The notes beneath the pieces were generated by a model, which saw only the letters and a list, made by a program, of their open reading frames with translations, was not told the DNA's origin and did not search any database. DNA of 64,000 nucleotides from Piromyces finnis finn (taxonomy: Eukaryota; Fungi; Neocallimastigomycota), in contig MCFH01000034.1 of NCBI GenBank assembly GCA_002104945.1, positions 1 to 64,000 of the forward strand, in the 5' to 3' direction. The translations under genes were made by a program, and so were the position numbers. Below, piece by piece: positions 57,581 to 64,000 of the stretch. Within the stretch, counting starts at the first letter, position 1. The number at the start of each line of letters is the position of its first letter.

Positions 57581-59818
57581 AAGGGAAAGTTGTATATAGA
57601 AAGTTAATTGATGAAAACAATAATTGATCTTAATTTTTTTTTTCCTTTCCTTTTTTTTAAAAAAAAGGAAATTATGAGAATAAAAGAAAAAAAAAAATAT
57701 TCTTTTATATTTTAAAATTAAAAATTCATTTAAATATTATAATTTATTTTTTTTCTATTAATCTTTAAGATAATAATATATAAATATATAAATATTTATC
57801 GAATAAGATGATAATATTTAAATATTTTTAATAATTTATTTCAGATCATTAGCATTTTCAAGTTTACAATATATAATATCATGTATAAATTTTTTTTTTG
57901 TATTTTTTATATTAATTGTCAGAATTACTAAATAGAAAATGGAAAATAAAATAAATAATAAAAAGTATATAAATAAATAAATAAATAAATAAATAAATAT
58001 ATAAATATATATATAAATAAATATATAAATATAAATATGGTGTTTATATATATTTTTTTTTTTAATGATTTTAATACTAGAGAAAATTTGCATACAATTT
58101 CTATGATTTTTGTTATAATAGTAGTTGTCAATATTCTCTTAAATATAATTTTTATAAACCAGCAATTACATGAACATCTATCATATATTTCTTTATCTTG
58201 TAACAAGTTTATATCACTATCTATTTTTTTTTTTTTATATTCATTTACAAGTATTTGCATTTTTTTTTTTATAAAATTTTCTTATATTTTTTGACCTTTA
58301 AATGAATAAAAAAGGATATAAATATATAACAATTTTTTTATTTATTCATTAATTTATTATTATTGACTATAATGTGATATAATAAATGTTATATGATACT
58401 TGAAGATACAAATATATTAGTATATACAACGATATTTGAATATTCAAATTAAAATAATAATTAGAAATCAATAATTCCTTTTAGTAGCTGTAGTTGTAGA
58501 AACAAAGTTAATATGGAAACAGTTGTGATACAGATTCAAATTCAAAAATTATCGAATAATTATATAAATAAATACTTTGCTTATATAATTATTATAAACC
58601 AGCAATGGTAAATATATTTATCTCTAAAACACTCAATAACTAATAATACTTGAAGACAAATTTAAATAAGTAAGAAAAGAATAATGAAAAAAATTATTTA
58701 TCTTTATTAAATAAAATTTATTATATATACACAGGTCAATTAAAAATTCTGAAACTTAGTAGTTACTTACTATGATATATATTAAAAAATTTTTATTTTT
58801 ATAAATGTATAATTTTTATTATCATTTTTTATAAAAATTTATTTTGAATTATTTTACTTTGTTATTTTTATTATTAATATTTAAAAAAACAATTATACAA
58901 CCTTTTCGTAAATATCTTTCATTCGATATATATTCTTTTTATACTTTTAATATCTATATAAAAAATATTAACAATTAAAAGAAAAATATCTTAACATCTT
59001 TATATAATCTGAACAATTAAATATATATATTAAAATTCTAATAATAATAAAAAAAAATTAAACAAAAAATAAAATTTTGTTAAATAACCAATCATATTTC
59101 GTTTTCATCAAAATTTTGAAATTTCTTAATAGTTTTTTATTAATAACATATTTTTTTTTTTTTATTTTTATTGTTTTAACAATTTAAATATAATTATAAA
59201 AATTGAAATATAGAAGGTGATGATTAAAGAATTTTTTTTTAAATAAAAACGGGAATATTATATAAAAAGTAGAAACAATACCCAAAGCATAAAAACGATT
59301 TATATATTTTTATTGAAATGAAGAAATTATTTTATAAACCAATAATTAAATATGAACAAATAGTGAAGAACATGTTTTTTTTTAGATTTCATTTGGATGA
59401 ATGAATAAATTTACATATCGATTTTTGAATATATATTTTAAAATCTATACTCATATTTCTTTTCTATTCTAAAATATATTTTAAAATTTTCAAATTTAAA
59501 GTATATTTTAGAATGTTAATAGAGGTAGAAAAAAAAAAAAAAAAACAGCAAAAAACAAAATGTTTATAAATAATTACAAACAATAAATATTTTAATAAAA
59601 AGGAAAAATAATTGATTTAATCATTATATAACGAATTTAAAAAGATTATTAACAAAAATATAAGAGATATATTTTATCAAAGAATTAATTTTAATATATC
59701 TCTGTTTAATATGTTAAATGTTTTCATATATAAGTAATATTAATTAATATTTTATTTTTTTTCATAAAAACAAAATCAAAATATTTAAAATCTTTTAAAA
59801 TATGTAAATATAATAAAG

Positions 59819-61189
59819 ATGGATTCAGAAGCCAGAGAAATTACAAAGTTATATAGAGCTTACAAGACTATTCATGAAATGGTTCATGATAGAGTAAATA
59901 TAGATATAAATAATTTACTAATATTATGATATATATTTTTATTATTTTCTTATTTATAAATATTTTAATTATATGATTTTAAAAAACAACTAATATATTT
60001 TTTTAATAAATAAATTAAAAATTATTAAAGGGTTATTTAGTTAGTCAAGTATGTATATTAAAAAGATGAATTATATTTTATCCAATTTTATAAAATTAAT
60101 ATGATGATTAATATTCTGAAAAATAGAATGAATTAGATATGACTTTATCACAATTTAAAGATAAATATGCATCTGCCGGTTCTGTTGAGTATGTAAAATA
60201 AATTTAATATATTTTTTCCTGATGAATTACTAAATATTAATATTTAATAAATACCTAAAAAAAAGACGTGAATCTTTAACTTTCTTAGTACAAAAAAAGG
60301 ATGATCCAGCTGATTCTTTACTAGTTTTCTTCCCAGCAGATGAAAGTGTTGGTGTAAAGCCAATTAGAAAGTAAGTATAATAATGTTTTTAATAATTTAA
60401 TCTTAAGGTGTTTTTTTTTTACAAAGATATTAATAATGTTCCAATTTTTTTTAAAAGATACACCGAAAGAATGAGTAGTCAAGAAGTTTTAAAGGGAATT
60501 ATTGTATACCAAAAGAATTTAACACCATCTGCTCAAAAAGTAATTTACCCTTATTTCATAATTTCATAAAAATTATAGAATTAGTAATAAATTAAATAAT
60601 TATTTTCATTATAGCATATTAATATTTTTAATTTTAAAATATACATTTTAAAAAGGTTATTACACAAATGGCTCCAAAATATTTAATTGAAATTTTTTCT
60701 GATTCAGAATTACTTGTTAATATAACTCGTCATAGTTTAGTACCAAAGCATGTTGTATTAACTAACGAAGAAAAGAAAATGTTATTGGAAAGATAGTTAG
60801 TATTTATGATTTTAGTTTTAATTAAAGGAATTTATATTATTAATAGTAATATAAATTGATGACAACAATAACATTCAATAACATAATATAAATGTATAAA
60901 AAAAAACAATAAATTTTAAATATATATATTGTTTATTATATTATTTCAAATTTTAGCAAATTAAAGGATTTACAATTACCACGTATTCAACCAACAGATC
61001 CTGTAGCAAGATATTATGGTTTAAGAAAAGGTCAAGTTGTTAAGATTTTACGTTCTAGTGAAACTGCTGGAAGGTACTTTATAATATTTTATTTATTTCA
61101 TTTTAAGATTAATTAAAAATTATTAGTAATATTAATAATTATTTTAATACTTTTATTGTAGATACATTACATATCGTCTTTGCATTTAA
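59819..61189 (+). CDS. RPB5: RNA polymerase I/II/III shared subunit RPB5 (RPABC1), 8 exons including an 18-nt micro-exon at 60031-60048
   Basis: Spliced translation [35 protein letters not shown]...[31 protein letters not shown]...[42 protein letters not shown]. Missing from the ORF track. Confidence 0.97.
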
Positions 61190-61511
61190 GCTTAAATAAA
61201 TTAAAATTTTTCCAAAAATAGCGATTAATAATGATTAAGTAAATCGCAAATTAATTTTTTTTTTTTACTCATTTATAAATTGAACCCTTTAATTTAACAA
61301 TATCATTCATATTTATATTTAAAAATAATAATTATTTAAAGAGTTACAAAAATTCTTATTTATTATATAGTAAATATTTATTAGAAATTAGAATAAAAAT
61401 AATGAATCATGACACAATAAATAATAATAAAAAATTTCAAATAAATATTATTTATTAAAAAACAAAAAACATCATTTAATGAGGACTATTAAGTGTGTAT
61501 TATTATTTTAT

Positions 61512-61751
<240 letters not shown>

Positions 61752-63395
61752 TTTATTAAATAAAAGATAATATATTTTATCTTTCATATTTAGAAATATA
61801 TTATAAGTTTGGTAATTAAAATAGTAATAAAATTAACAAATTTAAATTTATTTACTGGTCAAAAAAGAAGTATTTATTAAATTTTATTTCATCCTATTAT
61901 TATATAATATATTTAATAATATATATTTAATAATGAATAATTTTCAATTTCAATTAGTTATTGAATGTTATAAATCATGGAATACTTTATTAATAATAGA
62001 TAAAGAAATATAAAACCAATTATATTTCTTATTTATCATTTTAATAATAATTTTATTATTCTAAAGTATAATGTGATTCAATCTTTTTCAAAAACATAGT
62101 AAATAGTAATATATTTATGACTTTTTTGACTTTTCAATTTTCTTGAATTTTTTTTTTTTTTATAAAAATTGTTATCAATTTTATTCAATATAGCTGATAT
62201 GCCATAAATTTTCGTTTATAGCTTATTCTATTTTTTCCTATCAACCCGATTATTTTACTTCTTATAAAGAGTATTTTGATATGCCTATAACTATAAGAAG
62301 TAAACTTTATTAAGAAGATAATAATGGGTATATTTTTCTCATAAAAATCTTTTGAGCCACATATATTTTTGAGAAAACTATTATTAGATACCTTTATTAC
62401 TATTTATTAACTTTGGAATTCCATTTAATAAGTTGACTTGTCCTTTTTATTGAATAAGAATAGAAGACAGATAGGTCATATTATTAGTTGTGTAAAAGAT
62501 TAATAAAATTGTGTAATTCAATCAAACGAGTAAGCTGTATTTATATCATATCATTTTCTTTCAATAAATAAATTAATAATATTTAAAGATATATTACTAT
62601 ATATAATTAAAATACATTGTTATACTAACAATTAGATAATGCTCATACATAGAAATGATAAATAAATATTTAAATATATTAAATTATGAAAATAAGTTTT
62701 TTCAATATATATGATAAAAAAAAATTGTTTTTTTACTTATAAATGAAATATTATTTTCTAAATAATTAAATGAATAAGGTACTAAAATAGTAGATGTAGA
62801 TATTTAATGCATATTATTAAAAAACAAATAACAAAATAAATTTTGAAGCAAATTAAATATATAAAAAATTTAAAAAAATTTTAAATTTTAAAAAAAAAAG
62901 AAATTATTTACAATAACATCTAACATCTTTACTACTGTTTGAATATTTAAAACTTTCTATTCTTTAATTGTATAATTAAAAATTCTATAGCTTCCTTTTT
63001 TAACTTTTAATTATAAATTAAATTATATTGTAATTTCTTAGAGTAGAAATAATATGAATTATATGAGTTATTTAATTTTAATTTTATATTATACATTAAT
63101 TCTACATTTTATATACATTATATTAAAGAATTATTACATTTATTTTTATATTTTATTTTAATTACTTATTTTATTTTATTTTTTATTATTATTATATAGT
63201 ATCACAAAAATATAATATTTTAATAATAAAATTTTAATCAATCTAATTTCAATTCTTTTTTTTTTTTTTTATTTTTAACTTATACACATCTCTATACATA
63301 CATACATACATATATACATATACACCCAATAACACACATAAAATATATTAATCAATATTTTAAATATTTCAATTATTATTTAATTTATTTTTAAA

Positions 63396-64000
63396 ATGGA
63401 TGCTTCAGAAATTGATGATGAAATTAAAAAATTACAAAAAGAAAGAAAAACAGCGAAAGCATCATTAGTTGGTTCTGTTAGTTATGATACAGATTTATAT
63501 GAATCAGAAGATAAATATGCAGGTTATGTTACAGAATTAAAAGATGAAGATGAAGAAGAATCAGAAATAGCAAGACCAAAATTAAGGTCATTTACAGCAC
63601 CAACAGAGATATTAAAAGAAATTCAAGATAGAGATGATGATGTAGATCCAATGGCAGACATGCGTCCTTCAAGAAAGATTGCTGATAGAGAAGATGAATA
63701 TCATGCTAGAAGATTCAATAGAATTATATCCCCAGAACGTGTTGATGCATTTTCAGAAAATAATAATACAGATAATGCTCGTAGTTATTCAGATGTTATG
63801 AAAGAAGCAGAACTTGAAAGGGAGCAACAAAGAATTATGAAATCAATTGCAGAAAAAAAAAAGAAGGCAGAGACATCAGGGACGACTATAAGTGCAGAAA
63901 TTCCACAACCAGAAGTAGTAAAAAAACCAGCAAAGAAGAGAAGATGGGATATGACAAGTACAGATGAATCAATAAAAACTGAAAAAAAATCAGAGTGGGA
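63396..64000 (+). CDS. SF3B1: Splicing factor 3B subunit 1 (SF3B1/Hsh155), N-terminal part; runs off the window
   Basis: Open frame from ATG 63396: YDTDLYESEDKYAGYVTEL, KIADREDEYHARRFNRIISPERVDAF, RSYSDVMKEAELERE, KKRRWD are SF3B1 N-terminal motifs. Confidence 0.93.
   Translation, partial: MDASEIDDEIKKLQKERKTAKASLVGSVSYDTDLYESEDKYAGYVTELKDEDEEESEIARPKLRSFTAPTEILKEIQDRDDDVDPMADMRPSRKIADREDEYHARRFNRIISPERVDAFSENNNTDNARSYSDVMKEAELEREQQRIMKSIAEKKKKAETSGTTISAEIPQPEVVKKPAKKRRWDMTSTDESIKTEKKSEW

Overview
Extremely AT-rich, intron-rich eukaryotic genomic DNA. Composition, intron style and the expanded ectodomain-7TM receptor families point to an anaerobic gut fungus (Neocallimastigomycota); this assignment is an inference. 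I can trace 13 protein-coding genes: an orphan ankyrin-like/2TM protein, GPI, an ANKRD13-family protein, a solute-binding-protein/7TM receptor, a claudin/SUR7-like tetraspan, a LITAF-domain protein, Rag GTPase Gtr2, a tail-anchored coiled-coil protein, two tandem beta-helix/EGF/class-C-like 7TM receptors, an intronless secreted transglutaminase-like protein, RPB5 and the 5' part of SF3B1. The most striking non-genic signal is a ~535-bp non-coding retroposon with a tRNA-like head (perfect Pol III B-box), pure poly(A) tail and 11-15 bp target-site duplications. It occurs as four copies that are identical by eye, one diverged copy and one relic, which suggests a young, probably active SINE family. 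No partner LINE is in the window. Also notable: about 40% of the introns I traced use AAG 3' splice sites. All exon structures were derived by hand and need RNA-seq confirmation.
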